A stretch of DNA of 64,000 nucleotides. Source: an uncultured Acidobacteriota bacterium. GTDB lineage: Bacteria; Acidobacteriota; UBA6911. The translations under genes and the position numbers were made by a program. The notes under the pieces are model-generated. The model searched no databases. It saw only the letters and a list, made by a program, of their open reading frames with translations, and was not told the origin of the DNA. Of this stretch, positions 1 through 9,034 are shown piece after piece (within the stretch, counting starts at the first letter, position 1; each line of letters starts with the position of its first letter). Location of the stretch: positions 192,001-256,000 of the forward strand of contig CAWHCF010000020.1 in NCBI GenBank assembly GCA_963827655.1, read 5' to 3'.

Positions 1-48
1 CAATCGCGCTACCGGGCGCTCGCGGGAGAGCAGGGGCATGCTGTCTAA
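1..48 (+). CDS. 3' end of upstream gene, probably heme ABC exporter ATPase CcmA (partial)
   Basis: Frame 1 reads QSRYRALAGEQGHAV* with stop at 46-48, overlapping the ccmB start. Identity inferred only from the usual ccmABCD order. Confidence 0.35.
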   Translation, partial: QSRYRALAGEQGHAV

Positions 49-709
49 GGTCTGGACCGTCTTCCGTAAAGATCTCCTTATAGAGCTGCGCACCAAGGAT
101 TCGCTCAACATGATGCTGTTCTTCGGCATCGTGGTCCTCGTGATCTTCAATTTTGCGCTGGAGTCGATCCGCGATTCGATCCGTTCGGCCGTCCCAGGCG
201 TGCTCTGGGTAGCGTTTGTTTTTTCCGGCACGCTCGGCTTGAACCGGATGTTTGCGGCCGAAAAAGAAAACAGCTGCCTGCAGGGTCTTCTGATGGTTCC
301 CGTCGATCGCGGAGTCATCTACCTGGGGAAGATGCTGGCGGCGACGGTCTTCATGCTGATCACTGAGATAGTGATCTTTGTTTTCAGCCTGGTCTTTTTC
401 AACCTCACCATCTGGGCTGAAGTGCCCTACATCATTTTGGTATCCTTAATAGGCACTTTGGGCTTTACGGCCGTGGGAGTGCTGCTGTCGGCGATCTCGA
501 TCAATACAAGAATGCGTGAAGTATTTCTACCATTGATCCTGTTTCCCGTGGTTCTGCCGATAATCATCAATGCTGTGGAGGCGACCTCGGTTATTCTCAA
601 CACCGTCGACTACCGGCTCTTGAACATGCCGCTGACGATCATGTCCGTGTTTACCATCGTGTTTGTAGTTCTGTCGTATCTGCTCTTTGACTATGTCCTG
701 GAGGACTAG
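38..709 (+). CDS. ccmB: Heme exporter protein CcmB
   Basis: 223 aa, about 6 TM helices, motifs KDLLIELR, PGVLWVAF..G.LGL.R.F..EKE, LPLILFPVVLP; directly followed by ccmC. Confidence 0.92.
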   Translation: MLSKVWTVFRKDLLIELRTKDSLNMMLFFGIVVLVIFNFALESIRDSIRSAVPGVLWVAFVFSGTLGLNRMFAAEKENSCLQGLLMVPVDRGVIYLGKMLAATVFMLITEIVIFVFSLVFFNLTIWAEVPYIILVSLIGTLGFTAVGVLLSAISINTRMREVFLPLILFPVVLPIIINAVEATSVILNTVDYRLLNMPLTIMSVFTIVFVVLSYLLFDYVLED

Positions 710-713
710 GAGT

Positions 714-1403
714 ATGAACAGGGATAGACACGACCGCGTCGATACCGTTTTACTCGCCCTGCTTGTGGTCGGTATGATTCTGGCGCTCTACATGGCCTTT
801 CTTCAAACGCCCAGGGAAAGCACCATGGGCGATCTCCAAAGAATCTTCTATTTCCATGTTCCGGCGGGAATCACCGGTCTTACGGCATTTACCCTCAATT
901 TCGTCTGTTCCTTGATGTACCTGATCCGAAGGAACCGGTGGTGGGACAATCTGGGACTCTCGGCGGCGGAGGTGGGAGTGATGTTCATGACCATGGTCAT
1001 GATAACGGGCCCGCTCTGGGCCAAACCGGCATGGTTTGTCTGGTGGGCCTGGACTCCGCGGCTTACGTCTTCCCTGATCCTGTGGCTGCTTTATGTGGCC
1101 TACCTCCTGGTGCGCAACTACGTCCCGGATCCCGATCGCCGCGCCATGATGTCTGCGGTATTCGGCATCGTCGCTTTCGTCGACGCGCCCATCGTCTGGT
1201 TCTCGATCCGATGGTGGCGCGACATTCATCCGGCGCCGATGCTGGAAACCGGCGGATTGTCACCGTCGATGCGCCCGGCTCTCTGGATCTGCTGGCTGGT
1301 TTTCCAGATTCTGTTCATTTACCTGCTCCGCCGGCGCTTTTTCCTGGAATCGACGCGAGAGGAAGTGGAGTGGCTGGTACGGCGCGCAGAAACGGCCCGC
1401 TAG
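714..1403 (+). CDS. ccmC: Cytochrome c biogenesis protein CcmC
   Basis: RIFYFHVP motif, tryptophan-rich GPLWAKPAWFVWWAWTPRLTS motif and WWRDIHP; ATG at 714 after AGGAG. Confidence 0.93.
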   Translation: MNRDRHDRVDTVLLALLVVGMILALYMAFLQTPRESTMGDLQRIFYFHVPAGITGLTAFTLNFVCSLMYLIRRNRWWDNLGLSAAEVGVMFMTMVMITGPLWAKPAWFVWWAWTPRLTSSLILWLLYVAYLLVRNYVPDPDRRAMMSAVFGIVAFVDAPIVWFSIRWWRDIHPAPMLETGGLSPSMRPALWICWLVFQILFIYLLRRRFFLESTREEVEWLVRRAETAR

Positions 1404-1470
1404 CGTCTTTGCAGTTGGTGCCCAATGAAGCGTAAAGACGCAAAGATGCCAAGAAGGAGTCGATGAAGAC

Positions 1471-1611
1471 ATGAATACGATGAACTACCTGTTTGCAGCC
1501 TTCGTCGCTGTCTGGCTAATTCTTGCGGTCTACCTGTACTCGATCCATTCTCGCGAGAAGAAGCTGCGCCAGGACGTGCAGCGCCTCAAGGAGACGCTCG
1601 GAAAGAGGTAG
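1471..1611 (+). CDS. ccmD: CcmD family small membrane protein (46 aa, not in ORF track)
   Basis: MNTMNYLFAAFVAVWLILAVYLYSIHSREKKLRQDVQRLKETLGKR*: one TM helix plus charged tail, directly after ccmC. Confidence 0.85.
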   Translation: MNTMNYLFAAFVAVWLILAVYLYSIHSREKKLRQDVQRLKETLGKR

Positions 1612-2597
1612 TGGCGCGGTCTATGAGAGCCAGGTATCTGAAACTCGGTCTTCTTGCAGGAGGAATAACAGGTCTCCTGTATTTCACCGGCGGGCTGGTC
1701 GCCGCGTGGATGCTGGTGCGCCCGGGCAGTCGCCGAAACTACGACTGCATCCCCCGGATGCGATACGGCAGGCTCGAACCCTTGACGCTGCTCGCCTCCG
1801 ACGGCGTGCGACTTCACGCCTGGGCGCTTCTGTCGCGTGACGCGCCCCCCGACCACTGGGTATTGCTGTTGCACGGCTATCGCTCGGATCGCTCTGCTTT
1901 ACAGCTTCGAGCCCGCTTCTTTTCGCGCCGGGGATTCAATGTTCTGTTGCTTCACTTCCGCGGTCACGGAGGCAGCGATCGCGCGAGAATATCGTATGGT
2001 TACCACGAACGCCGGGATGTTGCGGCTGCTTTTGAATTCATTCGTTCGCTGCGGCCCGGGCATCGAGCGCGCATCGGAATTAATGGAATTTCGATGGGAG
2101 CGGCGGCGGCGGCTTACGCCGTGGGCGGCGGGGAAATCGATCCGGAATGGATGATTCTGGAGTCGTGCTACGACAATATCCGGCATGCGCTGGCCAACCG
2201 GTTGGCCCGGCGCGTCGGATACTCTCTGACGCCCTTTCTCGCCTGGCCGGTAGAGCTCGTGGTCGAGCAGTTGGTCCGGTTGCGGGCCAAAGATCTCGAT
2301 CCGGCCAAGGCGCTCGAGAATGCGCGCTGCCCGGTTCTGTTGATGGCCGGCGACTCCGAGCGTGTCTTGAAGATGGTCGAGATCGAATATCTTTTCGGCT
2401 GTATTCCCGAGCCCAAGCGCCTCGTCGTCTTTCCCGGCGCCGGCCACGAGGATCTCCTCGCATTGAATCCCAGACGCTACGCGAGGGAGGTCTCGAAATT
2501 CTTGCGAGAATTCGCGCCTTATCATCGCCAACCGGAAACCTCGGAAGGCGACTTGCCCGAGCTGGTCCCACTTCCCGCTGTGAACGGGCAAATTTAA
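1611..2597 (+). CDS. Alpha/beta hydrolase with N-terminal membrane anchor
   Basis: LLLHGY oxyanion motif, GISMG nucleophile elbow, GAGHED catalytic His. Confidence 0.85.
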   Translation: MARSMRARYLKLGLLAGGITGLLYFTGGLVAAWMLVRPGSRRNYDCIPRMRYGRLEPLTLLASDGVRLHAWALLSRDAPPDHWVLLLHGYRSDRSALQLRARFFSRRGFNVLLLHFRGHGGSDRARISYGYHERRDVAAAFEFIRSLRPGHRARIGINGISMGAAAAAYAVGGGEIDPEWMILESCYDNIRHALANRLARRVGYSLTPFLAWPVELVVEQLVRLRAKDLDPAKALENARCPVLLMAGDSERVLKMVEIEYLFGCIPEPKRLVVFPGAGHEDLLALNPRRYAREVSKFLREFAPYHRQPETSEGDLPELVPLPAVNGQI

Positions 2598-2600
2598 GCC

Positions 2601-2645
2601 CTTAGCGTTTCTTCGAGTCTTCGTGCCTTGGTGGTTGGATTTTGT
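2601..2645. repeat. 8-nt-periodic repeat, left arm
   Basis: cttagcgtttcttcgagtcttcgtgccttggtggttggattttgt; 42/45 identical to 56789-56833. Confidence 0.85.
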
Positions 2646-2659
2646 CCAGCAGCAAGGGC

Positions 2660-3300
2660 TCAGGGTTGGGTGAGAATCTGCTCGAGGCAACTTGGCGCCG
2701 GCGGCAGGGCTTTCTGCCAGAGCCATGAGGTGTCAATCCAGAAGCCGGGAACAGCGTGGCTTTTCACTCTTCCTTGTGAAAAAGGAGCCGGCTGATAGTC
2801 GCTCGAAAGAAGATGTTGGAAGAGACATTCCTTTTCCATGTCCACTGCCCAGTATTCCTCAACAAGGTGTTCGTGATAACTTGTGGCCTTGATCCTCAGG
2901 TCATAGCCACGACTTCCCCTGGAAACAATTTCAACAATGAGGGCCGGACTGCCGGAAAAGTATTCCGCTTCAAGGTGTGATCGCTGCTCGGATCGAACAA
3001 AGAAGAGTCGGGTTCGTAAAGGAGGCCCGGCCGCAATCGAACAACCGCTGGTCCATTGAGCGTAGTTCCCAGACTACGTGTTTCTCCATAACCTCGAAGT
3101 AGAAAGGTCAAGAACCGGTAACCTGCTGGTGTCAATCCGGCGGGAGAGTGCACAATGATCTCTCCGTCTTCGAACTCAACGATTCGCGTCTCGGGCGCTT
3201 CACGAAAGTAACGTTCTTCGCTCCACCCGCCTATTCTTATCAGGTAAGGTTCCTGGACTTCTTCTCCCTCGACGGTAAGTAATCGGAGTGACAGACTCAT
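2660..3300 (-). CDS. Uma2 family PD-(D/E)XK endonuclease (frameshifted in this sequence)
   Basis: N-term WSEERYF..APE....EFEDGEIIVHSPA. After frame correction YEPDLFFV...PALIVEIVSRGSRGYDLRIKA..Y....VEEYWAVD, then S.AVPGFWIDTSWLW. Several indels. Confidence 0.8.
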
Positions 3301-3448
3301 TTTCCTGCTTATCCTTATGGAGGATATTCTATCACAGCGCAAGAATTGCTGAGGATCGGTGCCGCCTGGAAAGAGCAGACATCGCGCTCGAGCGGACGGA
3401 CGGAAGCGTTGGTTAAGCGGTTCGCTTTCAGGCGCGAGCGGCGACCTG

Positions 3449-3483
3449 ACCACGAAGACTCAAAGACACCAAGAAACGCGAAG
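3449..3483. repeat. 8-nt-periodic repeat, right arm (inverted relative to 2601-2635)
   Basis: accacgaagactcaaagacaccaagaaacgcgaag; its reverse complement matches 2601-2635 at 28/35. Confidence 0.8.
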
Positions 3484-3516
3484 CATATAATGCTCCGGAA
3501 TCGACAGGAGTTATTC

Positions 3517-5610
3517 ATGAAGCGACTGGTCTTTCTATTTTTCTCTTTCGTTTTAGTTCTGGCGGGGCAGTCCTGCACGTCGACCCGGGAGACAACGCCC
3601 AGGACTCAGGAGCCGTGGATGAAGGAATCGATCAAAAAAGTCGAAAGCGAGCTGGTATCGAAATTTGGCGCAGGAGTGGGGGCGCGCCTCAAGCGAGGCC
3701 TGAATCAGGTTGCCGGCTTCTGGCGTCCCCAGGACGGGGAGGCGGCAGTTTTTGAAGAATTCGTTCGGGCCCATTTTGCCGGCGATCCGATGACGCTCGA
3801 CGAGTTGTTCAAGCGGATGGAATTTGCGCTGGAATCGCTCGACGGGCACATGCTCGAGATCAGCCGCGATTTCCGGATGCGCTCCGATCTCGACCTTGGA
3901 CCGATTTATCCCTTCGACGAAATTCTGGCGGGGTACGATCCCTCGGCCCACGCGCTCGACGATTTTTTCGGCAACAAGCTTGCGTTCGCGGTGCTGCTCA
4001 ACTTTCCCGTTACGACGCTTGAGCAACGCCTCGTGGAGGGAGAGAAGTGGACGCGGCGGCAGTGGGCCGAAGCCCGATTGGCGCAGAGATTCTCGAAACG
4101 AATCCCAGCCGAGGTGAATCTTGAGATCGCGAAGGTGAGCGCGGAAGCGGACCGATACATCGCCGAGTACAACATCTGGATGCACCACCTGCTGGACCAG
4201 AAGGGCGAACGGCTTTTCCCGCCCAAACTTCGCCTCCTTTCGCATTGGAACCTGCGAGATGAGATCAAGGCGGACTACAGCGACGCCGGCCATGGGCTGG
4301 CAAAGCAACGAATGATTCAGCAGGTGATGGAACGCATCGTCACGCAAACAATTCCGGCGGCAGTCGTCAATAATCCCGCCGTCGACTGGAATCCATATTC
4401 CAACGAGGTCAAACCGGCGGCGGTGAAGGACTCAGAAAATCAGGCTTCGGCCGATGCCAGGGCCTCCAGCGATCCCGAGCCCGACACGCGCTATGCCACA
4501 CTATTCAAGACTTTTCAGGCAGCCCGGAAAGTCGATCCCTATTCCCCGACGGCGCCAACTCTGATCGCGCGACGGTTCGATGAGAACCGTGAGATTCCGG
4601 AGAATCGCGTCAAAGCAATGTTCGAGCAGGTGCTTTCTTCTCCCCTGGTGCCGCAAGTCGCAAAATTGATCGAGAAGAGGCTGGGGCGCCCGCTCGAGCC
4701 CTTCGACATCTGGTACAACGGCTTCCGTCCCCGCGGGGCTTACACGGAGGCGCAACTGGATGAGATCGTGGCCAAGAAGTATCCCACCGCGGAGGCCTAC
4801 AGGGCGGATATCCCGAATCTCTTGATGCAGCTTGGCTTCAGCAAGGAGCGCGCCCGGTATCTTGCGGACAACATCATGGTGGACCCGGCTCGCGGATCGG
4901 GGCATGCGATGGGCGCGGCCCGCCGTGGAGACAAGGCGCATCTGCGGACGCGGGTCGAGAAGAGCGGAATGAACTACAAGGGCTTCAACATCGCGGTGCA
5001 CGAGATGGGCCACAACGTCGAGCAAACATTTTCGCTCAACGATATCGACCACACGCTACTGCAGGGAGTGCCCAATACCGCCTTCACCGAAGCGCTGGCC
5101 TTTGTCTTCCAGAATCGCGATCTCGAGCTGCTTGGTCTTACCAAGCCCGATGCCAGGAGCCATGCGCTGAAGACACTCAACGACTTTTGGGCAACCTATG
5201 AAATTGCAGGCGTCGCGCTGGTTGACATGGGAGTGTGGCACTGGATGTACGATCATCCGGATGCGACTCCTGCTCAGCTGCGGGATGCCACGCTGCAGAT
5301 CGCGAAGGAGATCTGGAACAAGTACTACGCGCCGGTTTTTCAGAAGCGCGATGTGCCCCTGCTTGCGATTTATTCGCACATGATCGATTCCTATCTCTAT
5401 CTACCCGACTACCCTCTGGGTCACCTGATTGCCTTTCAAATCGAACAGCAGATGGAGAAGAGCGGGAGTATCGGTTCGGAGTTCGAGCGCATGGCGAAGC
5501 AAGGAAGTATTGCGCCGGACCTCTGGATGAAAGGCGCCACTGGCCGGCCCGTGGGCCCCGAAGCCCTCCTCGAGGCGGCCAGAGCCGCGCTCGAACAAGC
5601 CGACCGCTAA
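3517..5610 (+). CDS. Putative lipoprotein zinc metallopeptidase (gluzincin/M3-like), uncharacterised
   Basis: Signal MKRLVFLFFSFVLVLAGQSC after AGGAG; HEMGH motif with a downstream TEALAF Glu. Confidence 0.65.
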   Translation: MKRLVFLFFSFVLVLAGQSCTSTRETTPRTQEPWMKESIKKVESELVSKFGAGVGARLKRGLNQVAGFWRPQDGEAAVFEEFVRAHFAGDPMTLDELFKRMEFALESLDGHMLEISRDFRMRSDLDLGPIYPFDEILAGYDPSAHALDDFFGNKLAFAVLLNFPVTTLEQRLVEGEKWTRRQWAEARLAQRFSKRIPAEVNLEIAKVSAEADRYIAEYNIWMHHLLDQKGERLFPPKLRLLSHWNLRDEIKADYSDAGHGLAKQRMIQQVMERIVTQTIPAAVVNNPAVDWNPYSNEVKPAAVKDSENQASADARASSDPEPDTRYATLFKTFQAARKVDPYSPTAPTLIARRFDENREIPENRVKAMFEQVLSSPLVPQVAKLIEKRLGRPLEPFDIWYNGFRPRGAYTEAQLDEIVAKKYPTAEAYRADIPNLLMQLGFSKERARYLADNIMVDPARGSGHAMGAARRGDKAHLRTRVEKSGMNYKGFNIAVHEMGHNVEQTFSLNDIDHTLLQGVPNTAFTEALAFVFQNRDLELLGLTKPDARSHALKTLNDFWATYEIAGVALVDMGVWHWMYDHPDATPAQLRDATLQIAKEIWNKYYAPVFQKRDVPLLAIYSHMIDSYLYLPDYPLGHLIAFQIEQQMEKSGSIGSEFERMAKQGSIAPDLWMKGATGRPVGPEALLEAARAALEQADR

Positions 5611-5801
5611 GGCTCGCGCGAAGGAACTTCACTCTGGCGCGAAAGCGGCGGTCAATCAGAACCGGTTTCTGTTCGTAGCACGCTGAGGATCGCGCTTCTG
5701 CGCGATCCCGCGCGTTTCTTGCGTTTTAGCGTCTTCGTGGTTGGGACAAGTCTCGTGATAGGATGCGCTCGCTCTTGTACAACCAAAGGAGGTCTGATTC
5801 C

Positions 5802-6719
5802 ATGTTCTCGAGTGTGATCCGTTCGATTCTGTGCCTGGCCGCATTGCCGATACTCGCGGGCGCGCAGGGGTTGTGGGCGCCGAAGGGAAAGCCTGCGCAG
5901 TATACGGCCCCACACAAGCCTCATACCAAGCTCGCCGATCTCAAGGCCAAGCATGCCGGCAAGCAGGAATGGCGCGAGCTGATCGTGGATGACGAGCATC
6001 TGCGCAGCGAATACGTCCTGGTGAAGCCTGGAACGAAGACGCCGCGGGCCCTGCACCCGGATACGCGCACCTGGTGGGTAGTGATGGAAGGGGAGGTGCG
6101 CTTCGATATCGAGACGGTGGAGCCATTCGTTGCCAGGAAAGGATCCATGGTGCAGGCTCCGATGGCGACGTTCTTCTCCTATGAAGTGATCGGCGATAAG
6201 CCGGCGCTGATCTTCGAGACCAACGTCGCAGGGGTGAAGACGTTATACGAGTCCCAGGCAACTGCGCCGAAACTGCCGGGAATCGACTGGATCCGGGTGA
6301 AGTTTGACCGGAAGCCCGGCGCCTTCGGCCGAAACAATAAAGCTCACGTGACGTTTGCGGAGGTGGCGAAACAGCTCGAAGAGGGACGGATCAAGGGGAC
6401 CCAGAGGATCGTCGAGGATGATCGTGGCGCCGCCAATTTCATTTATGGATACGAGAAGCAGTTGCCGCCCATCAATCCGAAGGATCTCGGCCACTACCAT
6501 CCGGAATGCGCCGAGTACTGGCTGATCATGGCGGGGCAGATCCGGTATCCCATAGAAAAGGTGGGCGTGATTATCGCGAATGAGGGCGACGTGGTCTATG
6601 TGCCCCGGTTCACCTTCCACTTACCGCGATGGTACGGGCCCGGGCCGTCTTGCCGGCTGGCGATGAACGGATACCCCTACATTTCGCACCTGTTCGAGGG
6701 CGAGCCGGAGGGCCGCTGA
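5802..6719 (+). CDS. Secreted two-domain cupin protein
   Basis: Signal peptide; cupin motifs HPDTRTWWVVMEGEV...GSMVQAP and HYHPECAEYWLIMAG...GDVVYVP..TFH; SD AGGAGG. Confidence 0.8.
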   Translation: MFSSVIRSILCLAALPILAGAQGLWAPKGKPAQYTAPHKPHTKLADLKAKHAGKQEWRELIVDDEHLRSEYVLVKPGTKTPRALHPDTRTWWVVMEGEVRFDIETVEPFVARKGSMVQAPMATFFSYEVIGDKPALIFETNVAGVKTLYESQATAPKLPGIDWIRVKFDRKPGAFGRNNKAHVTFAEVAKQLEEGRIKGTQRIVEDDRGAANFIYGYEKQLPPINPKDLGHYHPECAEYWLIMAGQIRYPIEKVGVIIANEGDVVYVPRFTFHLPRWYGPGPSCRLAMNGYPYISHLFEGEPEGR

Positions 6720-6825
6720 GCTTAATTCGGTGACCGGCTCCAAATTGCTGGGCAAAAACACCAGTCTTCATTGTCCACTGGACCGAATGTGACGGGCAGG
6801 TGGTCAAGCGTCCAGCAACGGAGCC

Positions 6826-7596
6826 CTACAGGCGCGATACCGTCAGGCCGCCATCGACCAGAATCACCTGGCCGGTCGAATAAGGAAGATCGCCGCGCGC
6901 GAGCACGGCAACCGCCCTTCCCACATCTTGCGGCGTGCCCCAGCGCCTCTGCAACAGGAGGCCCTGCTCGATCAGCGCGTCATACTTCGCGCGGACGCCG
7001 GCCGTCATGTCGGTCTCGATGATCCCGGGCCGCACCTCGTAAACCGGGATTTCGAACTCAGCCAGCCGGGTGGCCCAGAGCGAGCTGGCCATGGCAATCG
7101 CTGCCTTCGAGATGCAGTACTCCCCCCGATTGACCGACGCCACTGTCGCGGAGATCGACGAGATATTAATGATGCATCCGGAAAAGCCGCTCGACTCCCG
7201 TTTCTGTTCGATCATCCAGTTCGCGATTGCCTGCGTCAGGAAATAGGGTCCGACCGCGTTCACTCGAAAAACCCATTCGAAGCTTTCCTCGGAAGCCTCG
7301 AGAATATCTTTTCTTTCCCTGGGCGCGACGCCCGCGTTGTTGACCAGAACGTTAAGCCTGCCGAGGCGGGTTTTCACCTCCCGGACCATCAAGGATCTCG
7401 CCTCGCGATCGCCGACGTCAGCCTGGACATACACGACATAACCTCCGAAGCTTCGCAACTCCTGGAGGACTTTCTCCACCGCGGCTTTTTCGCGAACCCC
7501 GCAGATGGCGAGGTCGTATCCCTCCTGCGCCAGGCATTGCGAAATTCCCAGCCCGATTCCTCGAGCTCCACCGGTTATCAGCGCGGCTCGCTTCAT
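6826..7596 (-). CDS. SDR family oxidoreductase (3-ketoacyl-ACP reductase-like)
   Basis: TGGARGIG, NNAG, YCISK; overlaps the stop of the GH88 gene. Confidence 0.9.
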   Translation of the reverse strand: MKRAALITGGARGIGLGISQCLAQEGYDLAICGVREKAAVEKVLQELRSFGGYVVYVQADVGDREARSLMVREVKTRLGRLNVLVNNAGVAPRERKDILEASEESFEWVFRVNAVGPYFLTQAIANWMIEQKRESSGFSGCIINISSISATVASVNRGEYCISKAAIAMASSLWATRLAEFEIPVYEVRPGIIETDMTAGVRAKYDALIEQGLLLQRRWGTPQDVGRAVAVLARGDLPYSTGQVILVDGGLTVSRL

Positions 7597-8981
7597 AGCT
7601 CCCTTGCTTCGGTCCAGAAGGTCAAATAAGGATCTCCGCGATGGACTCGCTGCACATACAGAGCGAGCTCTCGCGCATGATAGTCCCCCCACATGCTCGA
7701 CTCTCCGCAAGGAACCTTCCGCCCCGGCGGCACATAATCCCAGCCATTGGGGCGGTGGTAGACAGAATGCAGGATCAGTCCCTGGTGGCTTTCCTCTGTA
7801 CTCAGGTAGGGTGGGGCCAGCAGCGTATCGAGGACTGTCATACCGGCCTGCCAGTTCCGCCGCCCTTCTTCGTCCAGTCCCTTGCTTTGCAGATAGCGTC
7901 CCAGACGAAGCAAACCCTGGGCGGCAATGGCCGCTGCGGAGCTGTCCACCGGCTCATGGTCGTTGTACGGGTCCGCGGGACGTTCGAGATGGCGCAGGCT
8001 GCCGGCGAGCATGGGCGCCGCAGTATCCCAGTAAGGAATGCCGTCGGTGGGAACGTTCTCGAGATAGAAATCGCAGGTGGCTCGAGCCGCCTTGAGCATG
8101 AATCCTTCCACGTCGTCTCGCCCGCCCATAGGCCTCAGGGCGTCATCATCGATGGTTTGGAGGAACTCCAGCTGCTCGGCGAAGCCGCACATGGCCCAGG
8201 CCAGCCCGCGAGTCCAGGTCGAAAAGGGTGAATAGCCCTGTTGTGAACCAGGGCAGCGGTAGTTGCCATCGTTAGTGTTGAAGATGCTTTCGTGCGCGAC
8301 GCGCCCGCGGACGTCGTAAGTGTCGCGTCCCTCGCCGTAATACACCGAATAGCGAGCGGTGCTCCAGGCGTGCTCGACCAGGCGCTGGAGCAGAGAAACC
8401 GGGCGGTCGTTTTCCTCCATCAGCGCGTGCCCGAGCCGGTGACTCACGGCCAGCGCTCTCAAGGAGCGCACGGTATCGACAAACAACGAGTGCGGGCCGT
8501 TGAAAGAGTAGATGTATCCTCCATCACGGATTGGCGTCCAGCGCCGAGCCTGAACCGCGCCCGAACATTTCAATGCCAGGGCGTAGAAGTGGTTTTCCCA
8601 CTCGTTCCATTCGATTCGGCCTTCACCCATCAGGCGGTGGAGGTTGCCGTAGGTGCTGATGTTGTTGAACCCGTGGTCATGCACTCCAAAGTGCGTGATG
8701 TGGGAAGCCATTCGTTCGACGATTCTCTTCCTGCCCAGCTCGAGGAACGTGCGATCGCCCGTCGCATCGAACTGTAGAAGCGCCGAACCGAACTGGAATC
8801 CCTCGGTCCACTCCGTCCAGCCGCGCGACCCATAGCGCCCGGCAGCCGTGAAAACCGGCGAGCCGTGGGATCGGTCCCAGGATTCTTCAATGGAGCGTAT
8901 CTTGACCGCAGAAAGGTCCCAGAGCCGGGCAATCTTCTTTTCCAGCCGTGGCGGATCCAGCGTGAAGTCGATCTTGAGCAT
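7593..8981 (-). CDS. Glycoside hydrolase family 88 (unsaturated glucuronyl hydrolase-like)
   Basis: WTEGF, HDHGF, QGYS..STWTRG.AWA, PYWD, DSSAAAIAA and WGDY motifs. Confidence 0.85.
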   Translation of the reverse strand: MLKIDFTLDPPRLEKKIARLWDLSAVKIRSIEESWDRSHGSPVFTAAGRYGSRGWTEWTEGFQFGSALLQFDATGDRTFLELGRKRIVERMASHITHFGVHDHGFNNISTYGNLHRLMGEGRIEWNEWENHFYALALKCSGAVQARRWTPIRDGGYIYSFNGPHSLFVDTVRSLRALAVSHRLGHALMEENDRPVSLLQRLVEHAWSTARYSVYYGEGRDTYDVRGRVAHESIFNTNDGNYRCPGSQQGYSPFSTWTRGLAWAMCGFAEQLEFLQTIDDDALRPMGGRDDVEGFMLKAARATCDFYLENVPTDGIPYWDTAAPMLAGSLRHLERPADPYNDHEPVDSSAAAIAAQGLLRLGRYLQSKGLDEEGRRNWQAGMTVLDTLLAPPYLSTEESHQGLILHSVYHRPNGWDYVPPGRKVPCGESSMWGDYHARELALYVQRVHRGDPYLTFWTEAREL

Positions 8982-9034
8982 GGTTTAGCGCGCTTCCTCC
9001 GGGTTCACCGTAACCTGAGTCTTGATTTTTGCCG

